DNA of 64,000 nt, taken from the NCBI GenBank assembly GCA_041500865.1, contig JBGQMY010000002.1:1982-65981 (forward strand), read 5' to 3'. Every line of letters starts with the position of its first letter. Positions within the stretch are counted from its first letter, which is position 1. This document shows positions 56,601 through 64,000 of this stretch, in pieces. The translations under genes were made by a program, and so were the position numbers. The notes beneath the pieces were generated by a model. That model saw only the letters and a program-made list of their open reading frames with translations, was not told the DNA's origin and searched no databases. This DNA is from Candidatus Micrarchaeia archaeon (lineage in GTDB: Archaea > Micrarchaeota > Micrarchaeia > Anstonellales > J096).

Positions 56601-57209
56601 TCACATTAGGGGCGGGATGCCCATCGCGCTGCTGTAAATGAATTCCTTTTGCGGCGGAAATGACTGCATTGCGCTCATCTCGCGCATCTTTTCCGCCAGC
56701 TTGGTTGCGCCGGAAAGCCTGAACTGCTCGTATGCAAGCCCGAACAGCTCGGTCTTCGCGTATGCCAGCCCCAGCATCCTGCGCTCGTGTATTGTCATGC
56801 CGTTTCCTACCGCAAGGTATTCGTCTATCGCCTTGCTGTACCTCTTGGAGGCGTAGAACAGCATTGCGGCGGCATTGTGCATGCCATCCATGCTGAATAC
56901 GTGGCCTATGAATGAGAGCGCTGACGGTTTTGTGAAGCCATACTGCAACAGGGCGTCAACGGCGTTTGTTTCGGAACCCATCATCAGCGAGGCCAATGAT
57001 ATGCCGAGCAGGTCCCCGCTTTTCTTGTATGCCGCAATCGCCTCAACAAGCTTCCTTGACTTCAGCAGCAGGTCGGCAGTGCCAGCAGGGCCGATGAACA
57101 TCTTTGTGTAGGCCTTTTTCGCGATATGGCCGACCATCGGCTCGGTGTTTATTATGAGCTTCCTGATGCCTTCCCTGAAATGGCGCTTTTCCTGTGTTTT
57201 GTTTTGCAT
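56601..57209 (-). CDS. TPR-like helical hypothetical protein
   Basis: A..LF......Y.KA...Y and LG.AY......LA...F patterns; paralog of 57258-57791. Confidence 0.65.
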   Translation of the reverse strand: MQNKTQEKRHFREGIRKLIINTEPMVGHIAKKAYTKMFIGPAGTADLLLKSRKLVEAIAAYKKSGDLLGISLASLMMGSETNAVDALLQYGFTKPSALSFIGHVFSMDGMHNAAAMLFYASKRYSKAIDEYLAVGNGMTIHERRMLGLAYAKTELFGLAYEQFRLSGATKLAEKMREMSAMQSFPPQKEFIYSSAMGIPPLM

Positions 57210-57257
57210 GGTTATGTTTTATGGCAAAAGGAATAAAAAGCTTGTTTTTGGCCTTTG

Positions 57258-57791
57258 CTATGCCCTGGCCCTGCGCGCACGCTTCTTTTTTTGCTGCTTT
57301 ATCCTGTATATTTCGGTATCGGCGTCGCCGATCCTGCGCTGCTTCTTTTCTAGCATTGGCCCAAATGCCCTAGGCGGGACGATGTTGGCCCTGCGCAGGT
57401 ACCAGAATTCCGGGCGGCCTGCCATCACCACGCCGTCCAGCAGGACCACCTTCCTTATGAACAGGGCCGCGGCCCCCTTGGAAAACAGGTATTTCTCATT
57501 CAGGGTCTTTATGGCGCCGTCGGTGTCGCCCATCCTGAGCTGGGCGATTGACATGCCTAGCCAGTTTCCCCTGTCCTGGTATAGGCCCTTGGCAGCCTCG
57601 AACTCCCCGCGCCTCATCGAGAAGTCACCGGACTTCAGTTTCTTGGCCGTGTACATCCTTTCGTATGCCTTTTTTGCTATACATTCTGCTATCGGCGGCC
57701 TGCTTATGATGAATCTCCTTAGGCGGTTAGTCAGTACGTTACCCTTCCAGTGCCTTCTTGCCCTGGAGTCGGGGAGCCGTTGCGGAATCAT
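57258..57791 (-). CDS. TPR-like hypothetical protein, paralog of the downstream gene
   Basis: Shared IAKKAY..M and G..LG.S.A.L.MG motifs. Confidence 0.6.
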   Translation of the reverse strand: MIPQRLPDSRARRHWKGNVLTNRLRRFIISRPPIAECIAKKAYERMYTAKKLKSGDFSMRRGEFEAAKGLYQDRGNWLGMSIAQLRMGDTDGAIKTLNEKYLFSKGAAALFIRKVVLLDGVVMAGRPEFWYLRRANIVPPRAFGPMLEKKQRRIGDADTEIYRIKQQKKKRARRARA

Positions 57792-57882
57792 AGTTATATT
57801 TAGTGGCAAAGAGTATAAAAACCTTCTTTGGCTAATGCGGGGGATTCTAAAAGGTTTTTAACTGTTTGTCCCATATTGTTTT

Positions 57883-58326
57883 ATGCTTTCCGAATCGCGG
57901 TATGTGAAATCGGACATTGTCTTGCGCGAGATGGCGATAGACTCGTCTGTCAAGCTGTCGCGGGAAAGCCTTTTGCGGTGGCTTGCCCTGTCCTTGGGCC
58001 TTGTTGAAAGGAACGAAAGCAGGACTAATGTCATTCCGTTGCTTGACGTCTTGGTTGACGCGCATGTTTCCTCTGAGGGCTTGGAGCTGATGGAGCTGTA
58101 CAAGCGCGTGAACAAGAAATCCGCGATGGACGACAAGACCGTTTATTATCATGTTAATAGGCTGAAGAAGATGGGCCTTGTTTCGAAAAAAGGGAATCTT
58201 TATTATTTGGGCGACGGGTTTGAGAAGGACCTGAACACGATAATCGAAAATGCGTACAAGACTCGCATGGACGGCGCGTTTAGCTCTATTCGCGAAGCGG
58301 TCAATAGTTTGCAGAGCCGGAAATAG
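57883..58326 (+). CDS. Winged-helix DNA-binding protein
   Basis: C-terminal TVYYHVNRLKKMGLVSKKGNLYYL wHTH pattern. Confidence 0.72.
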   Translation: MLSESRYVKSDIVLREMAIDSSVKLSRESLLRWLALSLGLVERNESRTNVIPLLDVLVDAHVSSEGLELMELYKRVNKKSAMDDKTVYYHVNRLKKMGLVSKKGNLYYLGDGFEKDLNTIIENAYKTRMDGAFSSIREAVNSLQSRK

Positions 58327-58328
58327 CC

Positions 58329-58661
58329 TCAATACAGTTTTCCGCCGATTGGAACTTCCCTTTCAGGCTGGATTAAGACGCATTCCTTGTCTTGGCCAGG
58401 AACCCCCAATGTCAAAACTTCCGATAAAAACGGGCCAATCTTTCTTGGCGGAAAATTGACGACGCAAAGGACCAGTTTGCCTTTCAGGCTTTCCTTCTTG
58501 TAATTTTTCACTGCCTGCACGCTTGACGCCTTTATCCCGATTTCGCCGCCCAAGTCGATTTTCAGCTTATATGCGGGCTTTTTCGCTTCAGGAAAATCCT
58601 CAACCTCTATGATTTTCCCAACACGGATATCCAGCTTCTGAAAATCATCGGATGTTGCCAT
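58329..58661 (-). CDS. csaA: CsaA/Trbp111-like tRNA-binding protein
   Basis: DF.KLDIRVGKI, F.EA.KPAYKL.ID.G, VVNFPP.KIG.F.SEVL.LG. Confidence 0.88.
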   Translation of the reverse strand: MATSDDFQKLDIRVGKIIEVEDFPEAKKPAYKLKIDLGGEIGIKASSVQAVKNYKKESLKGKLVLCVVNFPPRKIGPFLSEVLTLGVPGQDKECVLIQPEREVPIGGKLY

Positions 58662-58725
58662 ATGGACAATAATCAATAGTTAAGATTAAAAACTGGCTTT
58701 TCATTAGTTGTGGAAGGTGATGTTC

Positions 58726-58812
58726 ATGGCAAAAAAGAAGGAAAAGAGCAGGCACGAGAACAAATACGCGAGCTTTTCAAAAAAGGCAAAGAACAAGCAG
58801 TCCGAGAAATGA
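58726..58812 (+). CDS. Small basic protein (28 aa)
   Basis: MAKKKEKSRHENKYASFSKKAKNKQSEK*; GGTGA SD at 58716-58720; upstream TTAAAAA. Confidence 0.5.
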   Translation: MAKKKEKSRHENKYASFSKKAKNKQSEK

Positions 58813-58885
58813 TTTCTTAGAGGCTGCCGATGGTTTGCAGGGCCGGAAGGCTTGCGATTAAATACCTATCTGAAGAAACAAAAGC

Positions 58886-59968
58886 ATGGCTAAAATCGGT
58901 GCATTGCTTGTTTTGGCGATATGCCTAGCTTCATTCGCCCATGCTGATGCCGTCCCGCTGCCATTTAGCTGGTCCAGCTATGTGGGCGAAAGCCAATGGA
59001 ACGTAATCGCCACCGAAGACGACAGCTCCTGCGGAGGCCACATCAGCCACACCCAGTATACCATGACCATGCAGCACAACCTGACCTTCGCGGTGATGGG
59101 AAACGTCGGCCATGGCAACGTCAGCGGAACGTTTGAAGGCAACACGCTCCACATCAAGAGCAGGGTCGTGCCGGACTCGGGCGGAGAATCGACGCTGTCC
59201 GCATACGACGTTGTGTTCAGCTCCGACTGCTCAAGCTTCACCACCATGTATTCCTGGGACTACAGGGGCCGCGGCTCGTGCAGCGGCACCACCAAACTGG
59301 ACGGGACAAGCACCAAGACCAGCTGCCCCGCGCCCACGGTCGTGCCCGTGATTCCGGAGGTCGCGCCGCCAACGACGGAGTCGCTGAGGGGCGAGATTAC
59401 CGATGCGCGCGAAGACCTCCAAACCACACTGGAGTCGCTTAAGATGATGAACGGCTACCAGGCGGCAGTCAACGCGGATAACAATGCGCTCCCGGAGTTC
59501 TCCGATGAGATGAAAGCCAAGGCCAACGAGGAAAAAGCCCGGTATGATGCGCTTGAGCCAAAGGTCGAAGCCAGGTACAAGGCCATACTTGACAAGGACC
59601 CGAACAACTTCTGGGCGAACTGGGACATGGCGGAGCTGAGGAAGAAGCAGGGGAAATACGACGAGTTCTTCGCGTACGTTGACACTGCGGCAAGCAACAA
59701 GAACCAGTTCGAGGGCACGAAAAACGTCGAGCTTGAGACGAATATCGCGCATGATTTGGGCCTGTCGAAGTTCCCGACGGTTGACAACAGCAGGGTGGTC
59801 AAGACAATCAGCGACGAGACCGGCAGATGGACCGGCGGGATGATTTACAACGTGAATGTGCCTGCCAAGGACAAGGGCACGATTGACACGCTGCTTTACA
59901 CCGTGCTTTCCGAAAGGGCCTATAACTTCGTCAACCGGGTCGCAGGCCTTCCTGGTGATAACAAATGA
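58886..59968 (+). CDS. Secreted protein with beta-rich N-domain and TPR-like segment
   Basis: Signal peptide ending AHA; Cys pairs; YKAILDKDPNNFWANWDMAEL..KQGKYDE TPR-like motif. Confidence 0.8.
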   Translation: MAKIGALLVLAICLASFAHADAVPLPFSWSSYVGESQWNVIATEDDSSCGGHISHTQYTMTMQHNLTFAVMGNVGHGNVSGTFEGNTLHIKSRVVPDSGGESTLSAYDVVFSSDCSSFTTMYSWDYRGRGSCSGTTKLDGTSTKTSCPAPTVVPVIPEVAPPTTESLRGEITDAREDLQTTLESLKMMNGYQAAVNADNNALPEFSDEMKAKANEEKARYDALEPKVEARYKAILDKDPNNFWANWDMAELRKKQGKYDEFFAYVDTAASNKNQFEGTKNVELETNIAHDLGLSKFPTVDNSRVVKTISDETGRWTGGMIYNVNVPAKDKGTIDTLLYTVLSERAYNFVNRVAGLPGDNK

Positions 59969-60399
59969 AAAACACGTGTTTGGGCTTTGCGTTGGCGATA
60001 GCCATGATATTCGCCGCAGGCTGCTGCGGCTTACTGCCCCAGCCGGCTGCTTCCAATGCGACGGTCGTCCACAATGCGACAAACCAGACGCCCGTGTGCG
60101 GCAAGGAGTGTTTCGTTTCCGCCGCGAATGCGTGCAGGAACGCCAGCATGCTGTTTGCCAATGATGCCGGCACCTTCAATTATTCCGTTAATCCAAGGTG
60201 CATTTTCACAAAGACGCTTTTAACCCTTAATTCCAGTGAGACGCAGGAAATGAAGAACCTTCTGCAGGGAAAGAACATGACTTGCGCATACGAAAAGGGG
60301 AAATTCGACCAAAGGCTGGTGGATTCCCTCATATTCGGCATGGAATACTGCGAAGGCGGCCTTAAAGAGGCGCTTGGCGAGCTGATTGTGTTTTCCTGA
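59965..60399 (+). CDS. Putative lipoprotein, Cys-rich
   Basis: Lipobox-like FAAGCC; CG..CF..AA..C and C.G.L motifs. Confidence 0.72.
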   Translation: MKNTCLGFALAIAMIFAAGCCGLLPQPAASNATVVHNATNQTPVCGKECFVSAANACRNASMLFANDAGTFNYSVNPRCIFTKTLLTLNSSETQEMKNLLQGKNMTCAYEKGKFDQRLVDSLIFGMEYCEGGLKEALGELIVFS

Positions 60400-60403
60400 A
60401 AGA

Positions 60404-60592
60404 TTAGCTTCTTGTGTATTCAATTTTGTATTCGTTCAGCATGTCCGCGACTTCGCGCTCGTCAAACGTGTGCACTTCTACTGTGTCGCCTTTCACAAGG
60501 ACCTTGTCCCCAAGCCTCTGGGACATGGCTTTGAGTATGTCGCCTTTTTTCGAGTTGGTTTCATACTCATCAAGGATATACTTCACTTTCAT
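60404..60592 (-). CDS. Small hypothetical protein (62 aa)
   Basis: Natural composition; TATA (TTATAAA) about 25 nt upstream. Confidence 0.55.
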   Translation of the reverse strand: MKVKYILDEYETNSKKGDILKAMSQRLGDKVLVKGDTVEVHTFDEREVADMLNEYKIEYTRS

Positions 60593-60645
60593 GTAGTCAT
60601 TCGTGCATGGAACTGTTTATAATAGCCTTGCAGGGCCAGAAGCGG

Positions 60646-61221
60646 CTATGCCTTTAGCAGATTTTCCACGGTTTTCCTTGTTTTCCAATTCACTTTCTTC
60701 AGGTAACTTTCCAGCACGTCCTTCCTGAGCCTTTTTTTCATCTCCAAAATGACATCCGGATGGATAGGCTCCCTGAAACATACAAAATCTATGACCGTCT
60801 TTTCCAAATCCGAGACAGGGACTGCAATTCCATGGTATTGGACAATATCATAGCCAAAAAACATTTTCGGCGATATCCTCCTGACTATTACGTTTGTTCC
60901 CATGACCTGCCTTGTCCCTTGCCTGGTTTTTCTAGGGGTTATTATCACGGGGTTTGTCTCCTGCTCCCATATGCCCCTGATGGACAGGGCGTCCTGCAAT
61001 CCATAGTAAAACGGGGAGAACGCGAATCCCGAAGCGCTTGAATCATTGAGGAACGTGTATACGCCTCTCCCGATCCTGTTAAGCCCGCCTTTTTTCACCA
61101 GATTGGAGAGGATGAGCGAGACGTATCCCCTGCTGGCCTTTTTTCCAAATGCAGCGACAACGTCCCGTGCCTTGAAGAAGGGCCTTTCCGAAAAATGTTT
61201 CTTTATCTCCTTTGTTTTCAT
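60646..61221 (-). CDS. AbiEi-like type IV antitoxin / transcriptional regulator
   Basis: N-terminal wHTH L..LVKKG.L.RI.RG.Y, P.YYG...AL, FFG, VSDLEKT.ID. Confidence 0.8.
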   Translation of the reverse strand: MKTKEIKKHFSERPFFKARDVVAAFGKKASRGYVSLILSNLVKKGGLNRIGRGVYTFLNDSSASGFAFSPFYYGLQDALSIRGIWEQETNPVIITPRKTRQGTRQVMGTNVIVRRISPKMFFGYDIVQYHGIAVPVSDLEKTVIDFVCFREPIHPDVILEMKKRLRKDVLESYLKKVNWKTRKTVENLLKA

Positions 61222-61862
61222 ACCGAAAACCTCGACCTTAAGACATCCTTAATCTGTTTTATTGACGGCACTGCGCCGGAATATACGATTGCGCTTAGGC
61301 TGTCCTTGTCTATCGGCTCGATGTCCAGGGCTTTTTTGATGATATCCTTTGCTTCGTCCGGGCTGGCGATTGACGAAAGGAAGTATACGTCGTAAATGTC
61401 CCGCATCAGTTTCCTTGAAATGTAAGCCTCGGCCTTTTCCATCAGCATGGGCCCGGGCATTATGGAGAAGATGTCCATTTTTCCCCCGTCTGCGCGCTCA
61501 TACGGGATTGGCATGATGGATTCTTTTTCAGGCATCCTGAAATTCGCCTCGAACCTCACTTCAGAAACCCCGTCGCTTATCTTTGAGAAGATTGTGTTTC
61601 CGGTGTCCTTGTATTTCACTATTGAAAGGCCTGCCCTTGCCATCGCGTCCCTGAACCTTTTTTCCGACCATTCCCCCTTTTTGAGGTAGAAGTCAACGTC
61701 CTCCGAAAACCTGTTCGCCCCATGGCACCGCCAGATTGCTGTTCCGCCGTGCATGACCGCAGACGGCGCGATTTCGTATATGGCGTCCACTAGCCTGTCC
61801 TGCAGAAGCGCGATGTCCCTGTGGGCCTTGCGCTTTAGCCTGTCGTAGAGCGGAATTTCCAT
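61218..61862 (-). CDS. AbiEii/AbiGii nucleotidyltransferase toxin
   Basis: GGTAI, RFSEDVDF, EK..A...R...RD.YD. Confidence 0.88.
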   Translation of the reverse strand: MEIPLYDRLKRKAHRDIALLQDRLVDAIYEIAPSAVMHGGTAIWRCHGANRFSEDVDFYLKKGEWSEKRFRDAMARAGLSIVKYKDTGNTIFSKISDGVSEVRFEANFRMPEKESIMPIPYERADGGKMDIFSIMPGPMLMEKAEAYISRKLMRDIYDVYFLSSIASPDEAKDIIKKALDIEPIDKDSLSAIVYSGAVPSIKQIKDVLRSRFSV

Positions 61863-61865
61863 GAT

Positions 61866-61917
61866 TTATATAATAAACGAATATTATATAAAACTATCGT
61901 TTTGGTTTATTATATAA
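61866..61917. promoter_or_regulatory. 13-bp perfect inverted repeat flanking the TATA box (candidate TA operator)
   Basis: TTATATAATAAAC (61866-61878) and GTTTATTATATAA (61905-61917), directly upstream of the toxin ATG. Confidence 0.7.
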
Positions 61918-62000
61918 TAGGGGCATATTACTGGAAACTGGTTCTCCAGCGCCCTTAAAATAAAAGATTGGGGGAGGGGTTTAATCCCCCGCGGCCTTTT

Positions 62001-62141
62001 TCATTCCGCCTTGCCAGCTTCCATATCCTTGGGGACACTCGGCACGCCCTTTGCCAGGCCTTCCGCCATCTTCATGACTGTTTCGGCCTTTGCGACTTCG
62101 CCAGCTACTTCCATTGCCTTCGGAACTCTTTTTCTTGCCAT
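62001..62141 (-). CDS. Small hypothetical protein (46 aa)
   Basis: MARKRVPKAMEVAGEVAKAETVMKMAEGLAKGVPSVPKDMEAGKAE*; GGTGA SD, TTTTTAA box, downstream hairpin and T-run. Confidence 0.6.
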   Translation of the reverse strand: MARKRVPKAMEVAGEVAKAETVMKMAEGLAKGVPSVPKDMEAGKAE

Positions 62142-62204
62142 CCAAATCACCAGATAAGCCGTCCGGGGGCCTGGTTAAAAACCAAGGCAGACCCCGTTGC
62201 CAAA

Positions 62205-62330
62205 GGGCCTTTCTTTTGCGAAAGAAAGCCCCTGGGGAAAGAAAGCGTTTTTTGCTGAAGCTTTTTCGCAAAAAGCTTCCTGGGTTCAAAAGAAGGCATT
62301 TAGGAAAAAGCCCTGGGGAAAGAAAGCGCT
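62205..62330 (+). repeat. Composite REP-like element
   Basis: CTTTCTTT..AAAGAAAG hairpin, two CCCTGGGGAAAGAAAGCG units, perfect GAAGCTTTTT-cgc-AAAAAGCTTC hairpin, 24-bp block shared with 37911. Confidence 0.7.
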
Positions 62331-62464
62331 TTGCTCCGCAGCGCAAGCCGTGAAACGACATTTATCCAATAAACCAAACTATGCTTTTCTATCATTTTGG
62401 TTGATTGGGTAAGGGGCTCTTAGCTCTTTTTTGTTCGAATATGAGGGAAACCTTAAAAGTACAT

Positions 62465-62821
62465 TCAGTATTTCATGTCAGAAAGCGCCGCGCTCTCCCA
62501 TAAGGCAAATTCTTTTTTCATCGCTTTTACTTCTTTTGTGGATATGGGGAATAATTCTTTCAACCTTGATATGCCCACTACAATCGCTCTCCTCATTTTA
62601 GGGCTTGGGTTGTATATCCAGGTTATGCCCTTGACGCTTACGGCTATCTTGTTGCTTTCTTCCAGGTAAATCAGGATCGCCTTCAGCATGTTTTGGCTGA
62701 CTTTTTTTGGAAGCAGCTTCTTGGTTTGCGCTATTGTCACGACGCTGCCTTTTGCGCCCTTTATCGCTTTCTCAACCAATATGACCGTGTCCAGGTCCGG
62801 CGAATGCTGTCTTTTTTTCAT
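62465..62821 (-). CDS. Small winged-helix-like protein
   Basis: P.LDT...VEK.I, L..IL.YLEESNKI, I.WI.NP pattern; GGTGA SD before ATG 62821. Confidence 0.6.
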   Translation of the reverse strand: MKKRQHSPDLDTVILVEKAIKGAKGSVVTIAQTKKLLPKKVSQNMLKAILIYLEESNKIAVSVKGITWIYNPSPKMRRAIVVGISRLKELFPISTKEVKAMKKEFALWESAALSDMKY

Positions 62822-62840
62822 TTTAATCACCAGTTATCTG

Positions 62841-63734
62841 TTAGGATGGGTACATGCCGCGTATCTTATCCTGTATCATCGACACAAGGCGGTTTGCGTT
62901 TTCCTCCTTGAGTATGCTTTTGTCTATGAAGATAAGGCGGTCTTCCTCAGTTATCCTTATGTCTGCCTTTGCGCCCAAAAACCCCTGGAGCTTTGCCCAA
63001 TAGCTGCGCCCCTTTATCGCATCCAGCTTCTTCCTTAGGCAGGACTCGTTGGAAAGCACACGGCCTAAAACGCCTTTCCGCTCCATCTCCAGCAAATCCA
63101 CTATGTCCCTGTTGACCGGCGCCCACCCCTCATCCGAGCCCCTTGTGCACAGCGCCCTTATTTTTTCCGCGCAAAGCTCCTCCATGGAAAGCACGCGGGC
63201 CTGGGCAGAACAAAGGGCTGGATATAAAGAAGGATATATCCTTGAATACGGATCTTCCGGAACCGGCGCTATCGGCGAAAAAGGCATATGCACAAGATCG
63301 AAGCACGGGCTTTCATCTATGCAGCTTACCGAAAGCTTTACCGGCCTTTTGAGGTATCCCGCGGAATCCATAAGCTTGAGAATGAATATCCTGCCGCCTT
63401 CCCTGTGCTTCTCCGCTCCGGCCGGCCCTGAGTTGTCTATCGCAAAACCAAGGTCCACGGCAAACCTCTCCAGGCCTTCGTGGAATCCTTTATAGCATTT
63501 CCTTGCATTTTCGCTGCCGAAAAGCGAGAAGTCGAGGTCAAAGCTGAACCTGTATGCCGGCATCGAGAAGCATTTTATTATCGCGGTCCCGCCCTTCAGC
63601 GCGAAATCAAACTTTTTCTGTATCTCCGGCAAGGTTGCGGTGAGGATAAAGTCCACGTATATGTAATCGTCCGGGAAATTCTCTTTCCTTAGCCTGAGGG
63701 AAAGCTCGTGCATTGACTCGAAATCAAGCCTCAT
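62841..63734 (-). CDS. AbiEii/AbiGii nucleotidyltransferase toxin
   Basis: LKGGTAI, RFSFDLDFS, EKIRAL..R, RD..DL. Confidence 0.88.
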   Translation of the reverse strand: MRLDFESMHELSLRLRKENFPDDYIYVDFILTATLPEIQKKFDFALKGGTAIIKCFSMPAYRFSFDLDFSLFGSENARKCYKGFHEGLERFAVDLGFAIDNSGPAGAEKHREGGRIFILKLMDSAGYLKRPVKLSVSCIDESPCFDLVHMPFSPIAPVPEDPYSRIYPSLYPALCSAQARVLSMEELCAEKIRALCTRGSDEGWAPVNRDIVDLLEMERKGVLGRVLSNESCLRKKLDAIKGRSYWAKLQGFLGAKADIRITEEDRLIFIDKSILKEENANRLVSMIQDKIRGMYPS

Positions 63735-64000
63735 TTGCCCATCCTCATTGCAAAAGGCATCATCTTGATGGCCGCCTTGCTCGGATACCCGGACATAATG
63801 GTCTTTAGCAGGCTCTCCTTGCTTATTTCGTATTTTAATGAACGCTCCATCTCCTCCTTTGACACATTTCCGTTTAGATGCAGGTATATATAGTCCGCAA
63901 CCGTCCGCTCAATGCTGCTGACATTATACGGTATTCCGCGGTAATCCTTTCTCATTATCCCCAGCTCCATTTTAGCAGCCGTTTTCACGAAAACGGCCTT
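63731..64000 (-). CDS. AbiEi-like antitoxin, C-terminal part (truncated by the window edge)
   Basis: Frame open to the window end; VSSIERTVADY resembles VSDLEKTVIDF of 60646-61221; ATGA overlap with the toxin. Confidence 0.65.
   Translation of the reverse strand, partial: KAVFVKTAAKMELGIMRKDYRGIPYNVSSIERTVADYIYLHLNGNVSKEEMERSLKYEISKESLLKTIMSGYPSKAAIKMMPFAMRMGK

Noticed and set aside
61968..62412. ORF-track entries spanning the REP-like element
   Set aside because: They are low-complexity translations of palindromic repeats; the 46-aa ORF with SD and promoter explains the coding signal better.

Overview
Gene-dense archaeal chromosomal segment, most consistent with a DPANN archaeon such as Micrarchaeota (inferred from archaeal TBP, aRF1, PolB, AglB, FtsZ, rpl21e-rpoF-DUF655, a tRNA-Leu with a bulge-helix-bulge intron, very short intergenic regions and mostly leaderless TTTTAA promoters). 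Four accessory layers lie over the housekeeping backbone. (1) A dispersed family of eight ankyrin genes plus remnants. They share a basic N-terminal leader, and six of the eight end in a conserved F-x3-F-x-E-C-[VIT] helix. There are DNA-level traces of duplication together with the promoter. (2) A cell-surface cluster at 17-37 kb containing a ~1500-aa membrane protein, HtpX, a ~4400-aa membrane-anchored adhesin/subtilase (beta-helix, Ig-like repeats, 7-blade RCC1-like propeller, knottin-like motif) and a neighbour that shares its promoter and signal peptide. (3) A tnpB-only IS200/IS605 (IS1341-type) element inserted in the divergent tbp/rpl21e promoter region, so its predicted guide begins with the likely tbp TATA box. 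(4) Two AbiE-type toxin-antitoxin modules, a NYN nuclease, REP-like palindromes and unannotated small ORFs. I found no CRISPR array, rRNA, integrase or reverse transcriptase. All family calls come from motif recognition by eye; no database search was run.
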